Shown piece by piece: positions 1 through 12,410 of a stretch of DNA of 64,000 bases. The notes beneath the pieces are model-generated. The model was not told the DNA's origin. It saw only the letters and a program-made list of their open reading frames with translations, and made no database searches. The DNA comes from Marsupella aquatica (lineage: Eukaryota > Plantae > Marchantiophyta): assembly GCA_973895155.1 (NCBI GenBank), contig OZ316896.1, forward strand, positions 21,086,152 to 21,150,151, written 5' to 3'. The position numbers and the translations under genes were made by a program. Every line of letters begins with the position of its first letter. Position 1 is the stretch's first letter.

Positions 1-999
1 TACCAATGACCAACTTTCTATATTTCTTTGCTTTTAACGGCTTTTGCATTCAAGCACGTTGGAGAGTACTATATTTGGAGAACCAACTGGGAGGTGTTTG
101 AGGTCTGAGTTGAGACAAACTATTGCCCCCTCCCTGATGGGCCCATGTAGGTCTTCGTTTGGTATAAGTAGCTCATATCACGTTTTTCTTAGGTTTTCCT
201 TGGTCCTCTCTACATTGTTTACCCTAATTTAAGTTTGGGCCTGGTTTCAATAGAAAATAACTCTAGTTGTGGTGTGTTTTGGGCTATGACTACTAAGTGT
301 TCCAATTCCACTAACGTGAGTAATTCTCATTTGTCAAGCAGTGCTGGTGATTGTTTGGTAAGAAGTGTAGCCAAGTTGAGTGTAGTCTTCTTGAGGCTGT
401 GTTCCTTTAGTGTAACATTTCTTCTTCTAGTGATCTAGGGAGCTAACAGGCTCCATCTGTTCCTTAGATATTAGAGGTCAGGGAGCAATACCTTTGGATT
501 GAATTGGAACACTCCATTCCTTGAGTTAAGCATTCACCTTTGAAATGTGCCTCCCTAATTATTTCAACTGATTTTGCTTGAGGGCTACATTACTCTCCAA
601 AGTGTTATGCACAAACTGAATTACAGTAGTAAATTACCAGTTACTCTCTAGATAGTGTTATGCACAAACTGGATTGGTATTACACTATTGTTACTTATTG
701 CGCACAATTAGTGTTAGTCTATAGTTAGCATTGGTGATGTTAATTGAAAAGTAAACCCAAAAAATAGGCTACCAACAAATATTACCCAAGACTAATTGCA
801 GTGAACAGTGTGGACCTGTCCTCCTCTCGTGCTTTGTTGGCCCCTTTTCACTTAACTTGTTGTCTAAGTTTGTTTTCTTTAAAGGAGAAATCACCCTTAA
901 AAGATAATTAATCTAAAAAGAATGTAGTGAATCTCACTTGGTTATTAACTTGACTAAACAACGTAAACCCCAAACCTTGGCCCTCCCACTGCCCAAACG

Positions 1000-2900
1000 A
1001 AGGGACTTAAATCCAGTGCTCATGTTTGCTAGAAAGATTCTCCCCTGTGGGCTCCATCAACTAATGTATATGCAACATTGCCTTTTGGTTTCACAATAGT
1101 GAAGTCTCATGGCCAGTCGCAGTTTGTTGCGGACATGAATCCCATATTGTGGAGGACCGGATCCCCATGGCTTTACAGTAGTGGGCTAAGAGGGTCATCA
1201 GCCATTGAATGTGTTTACTGCATTTTAAGTCCATGCATTCAAACGATCCAAGTGAATTAATTAATGCGATCCCCTTTCGAGCCACTTCTGGCCCAATGGA
1301 ACGATCCAAGCATCCAACCGTGCCAGACACTGCCAACGCTGATGCCTGCTTTTCGTGGATCCAAGTCAGTGACTTGAGTTAGTGGGGGTGGGTGCACCGG
1401 GGGTAAGTGTGGCCTTGACACCTGTAAATTGAGTGACTCACGCATGTAACGCCAAGACTTTGTCACCTTCCTCCCACCTGAAAATTGTGCGAAGCATCGA
1501 GGACTTGTGTCATTGTGTGCGGATACCTGCCAAATTTTATTTTAAAAACACCTCCAAATGTAGGGCCCGTAAGCTATTCATCCATACAGCCATTCCCTTG
1601 GGTCCTTGGCCCATGTCCCCATATTCCAACTCCATGTCAATTATATTCCCAACCCCATCCTGTCCACCTTCGACATCCAAGTTGCATCAGTTTCACTAGG
1701 AATTGGCAGCAAAGACTTATTAGGGCATCTCAAACTTCAATAGATGGGGATTTTTAGTCGGGCCAAGAGTTCATGGTGTGGGGTTGTCTTTGGTGGGGAG
1801 GCACCATATTGTGGGCCTGGAGCCCAGGTTTAAATTTCCCAGCATGAGATGGGAACGAAAATAGGCATTCCCCATGACTGTTGGTGGGCATGCTTTTAGG
1901 GGTCTCTTGGAGCCATCCTAAGGTAAGTGAGGTGAATGAAATCATTTGCTTGATGGATCCCCAAAACCAAGTTTTCCCCAACAACCTGCCCCATGAGATT
2001 TTGGGTACAATGATTCTAGATCTATCAATGGTCTGGATCACTCAAGGGTCCCATCAAGTAACACTTTCATATTGTGGATCCATCAGGCATATACCTAGAT
2101 AGAGGTGATTGCCTTGAACTTGAGGGCAGGCCTTTCTTGTGTTCCCCTGAGTGATATCAATTCTGGAAGTCTGTTGAGGGGAAATGACCACGTTTGCTTA
2201 TACACGATGCAGCAAGTGCCCATCTGTAATATATTCCCATGCACCCTGTATCCCACGATAGCTCAAACACATGAAGTACTCTGGATGAAGCATGAAAGGA
2301 CCAAGGAACCACTACACACAAAATTTTGCAAGAGCGACTTTGAAGTTTTCTTTCTCATGCTTGGCAGTAACTAACTGGTTGACAAAATTAATCAAAGAAT
2401 AGATTGTGTGCTGAAGGCGGAGAGGCCAGAACCTCCCAAGTGATTCTAGGTTTTACTGCATTTTGAAGCTACCTTTGAACACCTGCCTGTGCTAGGTTCT
2501 TCCACTTTGTATAAACGAGAATAACGTTCGTTGGATGCATCACCAATTTGGAGTGTGGTCAGAAGTTTGTCACTTTAATATGCTCACTATACCATATTAA
2601 TTTCCAGCTATGCTTTTGTGGAGTTCCTGCACGACTTGCTCATGGGCGGTTTCCCTTATTAAAATAGAAAATGGCCAACTTCATTCCATGTTGACTTGGG
2701 CTTTGTGTCTTACCCATATCATCTTGACACCTGGCCAATTCAGCTGTTGGCACTCTATGCACTTACTCTCGAGTAACATCGTCGTAGAGTTTTAAAATTA
2801 AAAATTCTGTGGACATTATAGTAGTTTCTATTTCTATGGGCGATGGTGAACGTGGTGAAACGACGAGCCGTTTATCTAAAGGTACTGTAGGACAAAATCC
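1000..2900 (-). pseudogene. Highly decayed transposon-derived coding remnant, possibly SWIM/MULE-associated
   Basis: Broken minus-strand frames give fragments such as CMDLKCSKHIQWL, KIWQVSAHNDTSPRCFAQ, WFWGSIKQ...NSHGECLFSFP and GENLS. These recall C-terminal motifs of bryophyte SWIM-type transposon proteins. There are many stops and frameshifts, boundaries are approximate, and the recognition is from memory only. Confidence 0.25.
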
Positions 2901-5900
2901 CTTCAAGTTGCTTGTCATGAAAGTCCCCACAGGTTTCAACTTGCTTCGTCATAGACTTCTCTAGGTGGACCATGTGTGGTAAGTTGGCTTGCTTGGTTAT
3001 TGTGCTGATGGTGGTTAGGAATCTACCACAGTAGTTTGTTACTGAAGTTATCCCACATGTGTTTTTGCAACACTTCCAAAAACATTCATCACTTTGTTGC
3101 TCTCCTGGTTACAATGTTTCATCATATGGTAGAATCAATTTTCATCATACCATCAACATTTGTTTACTTAAATTATTCAAAATTCAAGATGAACACCAAG
3201 CAGACCATAAGTAGTCAACCCAACAGCTATCAGTCTGCTAAGATAGTGTATTAAGTTAATTTCATGACAGGCCTGATGTGTTCTAACTGAGTTAAACTAG
3301 CCATTACATTAAAAACTAACTTAATTGTCAAAAAGAGATTAATTTAAAATGCAAATGTTGGACTCCTATACTACAACTCCCACAGTAAAGGCGCCCTGCC
3401 CCTAACCGGCCACTACGTCAAGATTCATTTTCCTAGTTGAAGAGTATATCTACCATGTTAATTTCTTAAAACTTGAGCTAGTTTTAACTGGTTGTATGTA
3501 ACGTTGATCTCACAAAGGTGGTGACTTCATGAAATGATACTGATAGTGAAAAATACTTGAAAATACAAATATACCTTTTTGGTATGTATGTTAGCACTAT
3601 GGGAGCACTTTATACATTAAATTGTGGTTTTCTGGCCTTTCAGTGCCGTAATCGATGATTAGTAAGAGCATCCGAGGCTTCACTCAAAACACTGAGCTAA
3701 AATGTGATCGTAGCTCAAATGTGATCGTAGCCTGAACAACATTGCCGTTGTGCATGAATGTTTTTATTGAGGTTTAAAAATACATGTGTCTCTGTCTTGT
3801 AGCCGGAGAGCCGTAATAATGATCGATGGACCGATTCAGAGAAACCTATACATAGATGGATGATGTCTTAAAGAAACCTCTGTGTCTCAATTTCCTCTTT
3901 TTTGCCTCCAGTTGCAGTCAGCCACAAATCCCCAGAAAAAAGTGGCTTACATAAGAATGCGTGCCCACACACCCTGACTGGCTAAAAGTCTAAAACTATC
4001 AGGAGTGTTTTTCTTTTCCGCAAACGTCCAGGTTTGAGACCCTATTGTATGTAGCTGGCTGCAGCACCAAGGATGGACAAAAGGCAAGATGCCACAGCTT
4101 TAGTTTGAAGCTTTTTGCAATATTAGCCAATGTCATCTTGTGTGAGTATGATATGAATACTCTTTGTATAGTTTTACCCTATTGATTTCTGAACACGGGA
4201 TCTCTTCATCTTTAAGGATGACCATTGGAAACAGGCAAATGGGTTATGTGGCTATGTGGGAAACTGGCTAATGAATGTAGTAAAATCTGCCTCAAAATGT
4301 TCCAAATACTCCTTTACAGAGGTGGAATTAGCTAAATTTTGCCTTCCCTATATTTACGAATAACTGCTAGATTCCCAAAATGGAAAATGTTTAGAGTGGC
4401 AACTGACTAAGGGATTACAGAAACCAAAATAACCTTTGGGTGGTTCTCACCTCTGTGGCATTTGGTTCTTGTATGATATGGGTTGTTGTTCTTTCTGGCC
4501 CACTGTTATTTGCCACAGCGGCCACTGGAATAAACCGACGCCCTGTCACCCTTTAATTAAACTAAGAAAGGGGCAACATGGGGAAAAAGTGACTACAGAA
4601 AATCTAGCGCCAAAAGTGGCAAATGTTGGTTAGAGACGTAGAATCCAGCTAATTTCCGCCACCACGAAAACGCTGGAGTGGGCCATAATTATACACACCG
4701 GGACTTCGGGAGTACTCTGCAGGGGTAGGAGGAACAGCAAGGGCGAAGTGAGGAATGTCGTCCATGGAACCACCCGCAGGGAGACTACTGTAGACTTCGT
4801 CAGGGCGGTCAGTTGGGTGGGAGAGGACGCCGGACGGGGACTTTAGGAAATGGGAGTATGGAGCTGCGCTGCTCATGACGTCGTACGCGAGAGAAGACTG
4901 GTGATGGTGAGGTGGGAGAGAGTGGCTCGCGGAGTTAAAAAGGCAGGTACACGGTACACCCCTGCGCGCCGCTTTTCTTTACGGGGTCGGCAGGCAATCG
5001 GCAAAAGCGTACTGTACCTACTATGGTCGGCTGGACGCCTGGGCACGACAGGAGAGGGCATGGGAGATTGGGAGGGTTGCGATGGGATGGGCTGGAGCTC
5101 GACAACTCCAGCCCATCCCAAGGGTGCGACAAACCAGCGTAATTTTCAAGGTGAATGTGTGAAAATAATGTCACCTTGCTGTGAAAGACAATATACTAGG
5201 AGAATTAATTATTTAGTTTTACCAGCCCGATTACTTTTCTTTGAACGTAAACAGAATTAAACTTTTAATAAAATAAAGATATATTTTTCTTTGCATTCTT
5301 ATTTTTTTCACCTTTACATTTATCTTTTTCAGAATCATTATATATTTTGTTCTTATTTGAGTTACTTAAAAATATTTTCTGTTTACTATTATAGAGTAGA
5401 TTAGGTTAATGTTTGACTTAAGATTATGGTCGCATCATGCTCCAATTGTTATGCCCCCAAAAAAATTAGTATTATGTGTTCTTAGTGCTAGTCCTAATTA
5501 ACATCCGAAACCTTCATTGAAGGAACATTCCTAACTCTGGCTGGATTTTATAATATGTACACTGTTCACTGTTACTAGGATGAATATCAAAGGTAACAAG
5601 TTCTCTTCCTTTCCTTTTGAGAAATAACCAAGGTTCAAAATCTGGTTTTATTTTCCCTTTTGCATCTGATTTGAGTTTAAAGATATGAGTGCACATAAAA
5701 AATACACAAATTCACATATCTCTGAGAATCATGGTCCAACTTGTTTGGAAAGTAGATGGGAAGTGAAGCCACTTTTTTTTTCCTCTTCAGTGGCAGCTGC
5801 AATACTCAGAATTAGTCTAACAATATAAGTCTTCCAAACCAAGCGGAAAATCTGCCAAATGAAATAAAACAGGACATACAAGTAGATACAACCAGCAAAT

Positions 5901-6595
5901 ACACAAGCAGAGATGTTTTCTAGTGGCATTTCCAAATCGAACACTCGGTGTTGTTGTCAGGGAAGACAGTAGGGAGAGAGGGGAGTTTGGTTAGGGTGAG
6001 GGAAATGCCCGGTCAATTTAATTTATTTTGAAATATAGACCTATTGGAGAAGTCAAGTTTCAAAAGAGTTTTTGTTTAAGTTACAATCTCATGGCCCAAC
6101 ACTGCGCTTTTTTGAATGTTTTGCGTGTTTCCGGGTAGTATCACTTTACGCCAAAAAGTACAGACGAGAAGAAAAACATTCTTTACAGTGCATTTTACGG
6201 AAATATCATCATCTTTTTTCCTTTGCATCATTTTTTGCTCCAACGATGTCGGCGTCGCAACGTTTCCTGTCCGCCCTTGTGCATTCCAGGTTGACGGTTA
6301 GAATCTCTTCCTAGAAGTAGGTGCACGGTCTGAACCGTTAGATTGTTTCGTGGCGGTACGTCGGAAGGGTAGGAGTGGACATTCCGAGGGATATTTTTCT
6401 CTGAGGCCCCACACATGTCTCCCTCAGGGAAGCGAGGGTTTCTGATACCGAATCAGGGGGGACCACGATACGAGGCACGTGTCGAGATTAAATTCTTTGG
6501 GCTGATTGGATGGCTTGGAACACTTGTCGAACGTAGCAAAAGGAGACACATTCACGTGCATGGGTGTATGATATGTCGACCAACTAGAGCATGAA

Positions 6596-6622
6596 TATGG
6601 TATGGTATGGTATGGTATGGTA
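6596..6622. repeat. (TATGG)5 microsatellite
   Basis: Directly visible: tatggtatggtatggtatggtatggta. Confidence 0.9.
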
Positions 6623-6999
6623 CAACCATGTTATGGTAGGGTATGATATGAAATCTAGGGACATCAAGAAAATTTTAATAATAAAATCAGGAAATAAAAT
6701 CAGAAATTAGATATTGCGGAAACCTTTCACATTTGAGAAAAGTGGGGAGTCCAACCTAAAGGTGTGTTAGAAAAATTGTTGTGGACCATATTTCCTTAAA
6801 TGTAACATAAGATCGTGTTAACAGAATTTATTTTAATTCTTATTGTACACTTCCATTAATGTTTTGGTATTTAGTTCTCTGGTTTTTATTCAATTTAGGT
6901 TGGCAATGATGAAGGTAAAAGAATTTTCATAAAAGGCGGTCCAGGGAAGTCTATTGAGCCACACACTCTTGGGTAATTTTTTGGGTCTAGCATTCCAGA

Positions 7000-8243
7000 A
7001 TCGTTTTCTTAGTAACAGAATGTGACAACCAGCAGTGAGGATATATTGTTTGAAGCTCTAAAGACCTAGCAGTGACTGAAATCCTATAGACAATCTAGTG
7101 ATAGGAAAAATGGGATGACTTGTGACAAGTGTAATACTTGCCATCACTAATGTGAATGTGCAATCCAAACAAAAGCTTACAAGGTTTGATTTAATGTTTG
7201 CCTGTTGGACGCTAGAGTTAGACATGGCATTCAGCTCCAGTATCTACCAGAGGTTGGTAGAGATGACTGATTTTCTATGAAAAACACTTGAGCTGGGAGG
7301 GGAGAGTGTAATTTTGGTCCAATGTTGTATGATTCTTTGCATGCATTTTCCGCCATCAACGTGAATCACATGTTGAGTGTAAATCATATCTGAAATAAAT
7401 TGGAATTCTTATAAATGTGTTGATTCAATCCATATCCAGCGCATTGTAGGTGTCCTGGGGATCTTGGCACAGAGGAAATTTTTTGAAGCTTCCCAGTAAC
7501 TATGTAGCCTTCTTGTTGTTGCAATATATTGCAAGAGCATCCTTGCATTCTACAATGTTGAGAAGACTGCAAGTATCATCTCAGAACTCTCCATTGGTTT
7601 CTTACAATTGAATTGCTCAAACTTACGAGTTCATCTTCCATCCTGCCTTCCATTGCTATAGTGATTTCATGATGAAGATGATTACAGAATTCATGGTGAT
7701 AAGGCATAATCCTGTCTTATCCATTGGGAAATCAGGAAGAATATATACGGGTCTTGTCCCATACATATGCATATATATTTGCATGGTGTCCAGTTTTCAT
7801 GCTAAAATTGTGGAGCAAATGTCATTGATGCACCTCTTGTTGAACCAATTGTGAGGTCTTTTCCTGTGATATGTAGAATCAAGTGACCAGATTGAGCTCG
7901 TTGTGGTCTCTGCAACTTGCCAAGGGGAAGGCAGAGACCAATCCAATGGTTCATATGGACTGGGCATCCCTAGGGAAGCAGGGTATGCAGGGGAAATTGG
8001 GGAGTGTTGAAGGTCGAAGTCAAGTAGTGGGACCTCAAAATTTGCAATTTGTATGTGGGGGTTGAGTAGCCACCGTAGGGTAGTTCTGGAGGTAGAAAAA
8101 TCATTGGTGGGTACAAGGGAGGCAGGAGGGGTCTTTCGTCACAGACCTGGTTGTTGTACTGTACTTACTTGAGATCTGGGCTTCATAGATTGAATTAAAC
8201 CACTACGTTAAACTGAAACAACTCTTACCCAAATCCCGTACCA
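7000..8243 (-). pseudogene. Decayed gag/aspartic protease region of an LTR retrotransposon (Ty3/gypsy-like)
   Basis: Minus strand 7250-7221 reads LVDTGAECHV, a retropepsin D-T-G-A motif. It lies downstream of a PBS-like TGGTACGG (8243-8236) that directly follows an LTR end (...CTCTAACA). The left boundary is approximate. Confidence 0.6.
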
Positions 8244-10253
8244 TGTTAGAGAAGAATTTGGAAGCAATACTGACCCCAAGGTAACCCAGTCAATTTGATG
8301 ATATACAAACCAACAAATCTGACTGCAACAGATAAGTTGAAAGTTGAAATAACCGTACCACATTTAGACCAGAAAAGAACCCATTTACCAAAAATGGTAC
8401 TAAAAATGGACCAAAGACAGTACAACCGAGTCAAAGCAAAAGAGGTCCACAGAGAACTGTAGCTGAGATTGAGGAAGCAAAAAGACCAACATCTCCGCCT
8501 TCAACAACTTATGCCTTGAAGTTGAACTGTAGCCCCTGGCAGCTCTCGATGGATTGAGGAAGCCAAGAATGATTGAGACTTTGAGAGTTATCTACAAGGA
8601 ACACTACAGTAATGAATACGTGTAAGATAAGGTTATGCCATGTATATTGGCTACGATTTTGTCTGAGAAGGGAACTGTATTGCCCGACCAGCCTGTTCTG
8701 AGGCGAAGGAGAGCCCCAAATCTTCGATAAACAGCGTAGTAAATCGGTTGTGAAATCATGGGACTCTCAGGGCCACCAGGTCAGATCTTCTGTGGACCTT
8801 TTGTGATCTCGCTCTCCTAGGTCTGCTGAGGAGAGGCAACTAATAATAATAAGCCGTTGTGGACCAGAGGCCGAGAGCCACTAGAATGATTCGCTTTAAC
8901 TGCTAGTCTTCGACATTCTGACCATTTGCAAGCTCAATGAGATCCGCCCCGCGTGAGGGAGAGAGTCACAACGGACCCAATGACTCATGGCTAAACACTA
9001 AAAAACTATTAATTCCAAAAGCTGAGGCTCGGAGTTGACGAGCAGAGGTCGAGAGGCGTTTGAGAGCAGCTCAACCCCAGGATTCGCCTTAAAACCACGT
9101 GGGAGGTTTATTGTGACACATGCCCTGGAGTACGTGTAACCTGTGGCATGCAACACCCTTATGGCCCACCTCCTTCCAGGCCGACCGGTGTAGGAAGGTC
9201 TCCTAATAACCTCCTGTCACAAAGATTTCCCAGCTTTGCCTTTTCTGGTCGAGAGGAGCGGAAACTGTGGAAACCTCTCGGGAAACGGAGGGAAAGTCGG
9301 TGCAAAGTTACACCACGGCAATTGCCAATTTGCCTGATCACGTTCGATTCTTCGAAGGCCGACCGTAAATCACAACTTTGCGTTTGCTGTGTTGGACAAA
9401 CTCGTGTCAGTATAGAGAATGGGCGTTGTTTACGTTTTGGACGCTTCGTAAAGCTCTCGCACTAAAAGACCAAATCTGGCAATCGATACTTCTTAAATTT
9501 AACTTTTGAAGGAACAGTCTTCGAAGGAGAATTCGAGGGGCAGCCACTTGGAAGCTTCGACATCACTATAATAATCCCAATTTGAATCTGAAGACCTAAG
9601 GAGAACAGCAGTCTTCTCCTTTCTATTTTGGCACGAAAGAAGCTCGAAATTCATTGGAAGTGTGTGTTCTTCCCTTTCGACATTGATTTCAACCGTTTAG
9701 TCATCTATGCGAGGAGAATTGAGTTCCCCACTTCCCAGTATACTGCAGAAACATTACCATCGTCTAGAAAATCGAGCATCGATCTCCGTCTATTTACCAA
9801 ATGTCGTTCAGGTGGGAAGCTTTCCAGGCTGTTCAATCATGGTAAATGAGATGGACCTAAGGGCCCCCTTGCATATAAAAAATGGTCCTTGTTCTTTCTA
9901 CATTGTGGGTGAAAAGCGCACCTCAAATTTACACGGAATTAGCTAAGGAAAGTGTGTTTCGTTTGATTTATTAGAAATTTACGGGTTGGGGCTTAGGGGT
10001 CCTGCCCTTGCCCTTAAATATGCTGAAATGCTGCCGCCAGGCCTGTCTCAGGCAGGCTAGGGCAGGAGTGGGTTGAGGCATGAATGTCTTGGTTTTCATA
10101 GAGTACCATCAGTTAACTTAAGTGCGTATTTTTTAGAGAACGTTTTACATGCAAGATGGCCCTAAAAGGTCCCATTGTGCTCAACCCAGCATCTTAGACT
10201 CTCTTAGAAATTGTCAGGTTTAGGGTCTGGTCATCTCAGTTATGCTCACAACA
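8244..10253 (-). mobile_element. Putative 5' LTR (~2.0 kb) of the retrotransposon remnant
   Basis: On the minus strand it starts TGTTGTGAGC (10253) and ends CTCTAACA (8244), immediately followed by the TGG of the PBS-like site. A TATTTAA box lies at 10020-10014. No partner LTR was seen, so the 10253 boundary is inferred. Confidence 0.5.
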
Positions 10254-12410
10254 TTTACAACAGCACTTAATTTAAAGGTTATGTGCACATGACCTGATCC
10301 ATTACTAGAACAGGCGTGTCCCCAGTTTGGTTTACATATTATGGCATGAGCGATGAGCACTTACAGTTTCATATTCCAAATTGTCACTCCACTTGGATCT
10401 CTCTTGGGAAAGTGGACAGAAAACTTGGTGTAGTTTTGGGGATAGGTGAGTAAAGCCTGTGACGCTGAATGGTAGGCTTGTATGATGCTAGACTTGACAT
10501 CAACAATGTGTTGAGGCATTCGATTTTGGGAAGGCCAACCATTTGTAGCAATAAAAAGTATGATAGCTAGAGCCTGTGCCTCGCAATAGTACATCATTCC
10601 CTAAATGTGCTCTTTGTCTTGAATGATGTTATTGGACCAATTTTGTTCAACTTTGAATGACAACTACATCAAAAGCCGCCCCCTTCTTTTTCCCATGTGC
10701 TACCCTATGTACAGTAGAAGAATGGGAGCCCACTCTTTTTCTATTTTTGTACTATGGCAATATTAAGAGCCACACGTTTTGTCAACGACGATCTTGACCT
10801 AATTCCTGTCCTAGAAACTACAGTGAATACTCTTTGCTTTTGTGCCACTAACCCATTCAAGTTGGCTACTGGCAACTCACAAGGGACCCACGGCCGAGCT
10901 TTCTACCTGACCTCACATTTAGAAACCTTCATCGGCAATTTACTGTTTGTACCACTCTTTGAAACTAGCTTTAATTTGGTGTGCTTGATAGAGTTCCTAT
11001 CAAGATTCGTAAGGGCGGCCATGGATTGCTAGGAAAGCGTTGGTCATCATTGGCTCATTTGCCCCCTTGTGACAAATAGATTCCTTAGGTTACCAAATCT
11101 CTTAATTTGGATTAGAGAGTTTCTATATTGTGGACCAGCTTTTCTTTTGGAAACTCATTTATTGGTGCCACTCAATGCGCAGGATTATCACACGGTGTTC
11201 ATGGTATGTCTTCAAGTTTTCAAATGCTACCTGCTGGTATCCGCGAAACAACAGGTTGCTCACATATGGTATTCATGGCAATACTGCATGTTAAACCTAC
11301 CTCAAGTTAATGTTCTCCAATTTTCTTGGGGCCCTCTAGGTTGCCCGTCCTAATCTTCTATGCATGTTGTTTATTCCAGCCTGATTGATTTGGGTTTGTG
11401 TTCTGGTATCAATTTTGGGTTTGTGTTATGACACATTTCACCTTTTTTCCGCCCCCTGATCCCTTTGACGGAAGCTTAAGCTATGGTACTGCCAGTAATG
11501 TGAAGGGTGAACTTAAGAGTGATCAATAAACAATTAAACCCAATTATTGCTCATCACTGCCAGAGCAATAATTGTGACTCATGCCTTGGAACCATAATTT
11601 TGCCATAACATATATCAAACCAAGACTGTTGTAGGCAAGATATTGGGCTTTGCTTGAACACACAAACACACACACCCTGGTGGTCAAGTAGCCATGACTC
11701 CACTGAACACAGTGTTGCCCGAATGGCAACTAAGATTCCGCAGGGAACACATGTTTGGCAAAACATCAACCAAGACTCTCTGAGCCAAGTTTCATCCTTC
11801 ACTTTTTGCCGCCCCCAATCTGTCAGATTTGAAACTAGGGTTTAGTCACACCGCTCCTCTTTATTGGATTTGAATTGTGCCCCCTGCAAGTTACTTAAGT
11901 CAGTCAATAATGCCCATGCCTTTGCCTGGTACTGTTGTGAGTGTTTGGGTTCTTTCAATATCAAAACTTTGGTCGACAGTCTTAGTTTTTGTCATGCCAA
12001 ATGCTTCTTCCCTGCAGAGTCCTGGTTGCTGTTCTAGAAATACTTTGTTCCAGCGGAGTCATGGCTGCTTTGCTAACGCAGTCTAAGTGTTGAGGCAGAG
12101 CCTAGTACTCTAGTTAAGAGTCATGGTCAAAAGAGTCTTGGTTTATGTTCAGGCATAGTTGCCGTGTCCCCATTTCGGGGGGTTTCATTTAGGGAAGAAT
12201 GTCACATCACAACAATGAATCATATTGTCATTTAATATATTCTGAGGGTAATAATAATTGCTTTTTGGTTCAGCAACACCAAAGTCTTAAGATAGAACTT
12301 TTTAACCAAGTTTTATTACGTTCCTAGAATATCCAACATTAGAACACATTATATGCCTCATTTTTCTTCGGTTTTTGGTTTCTTCCTGTATTAGTTCGAT
12401 TGGGAGATGG

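Noticed and set aside
4649-4876. 75-aa ATG-initiated ORF with promoter-like upstream sequence
   Set aside because: It has no recognisable domain or linked exons. It could be a TE first exon, but this is unsupported.
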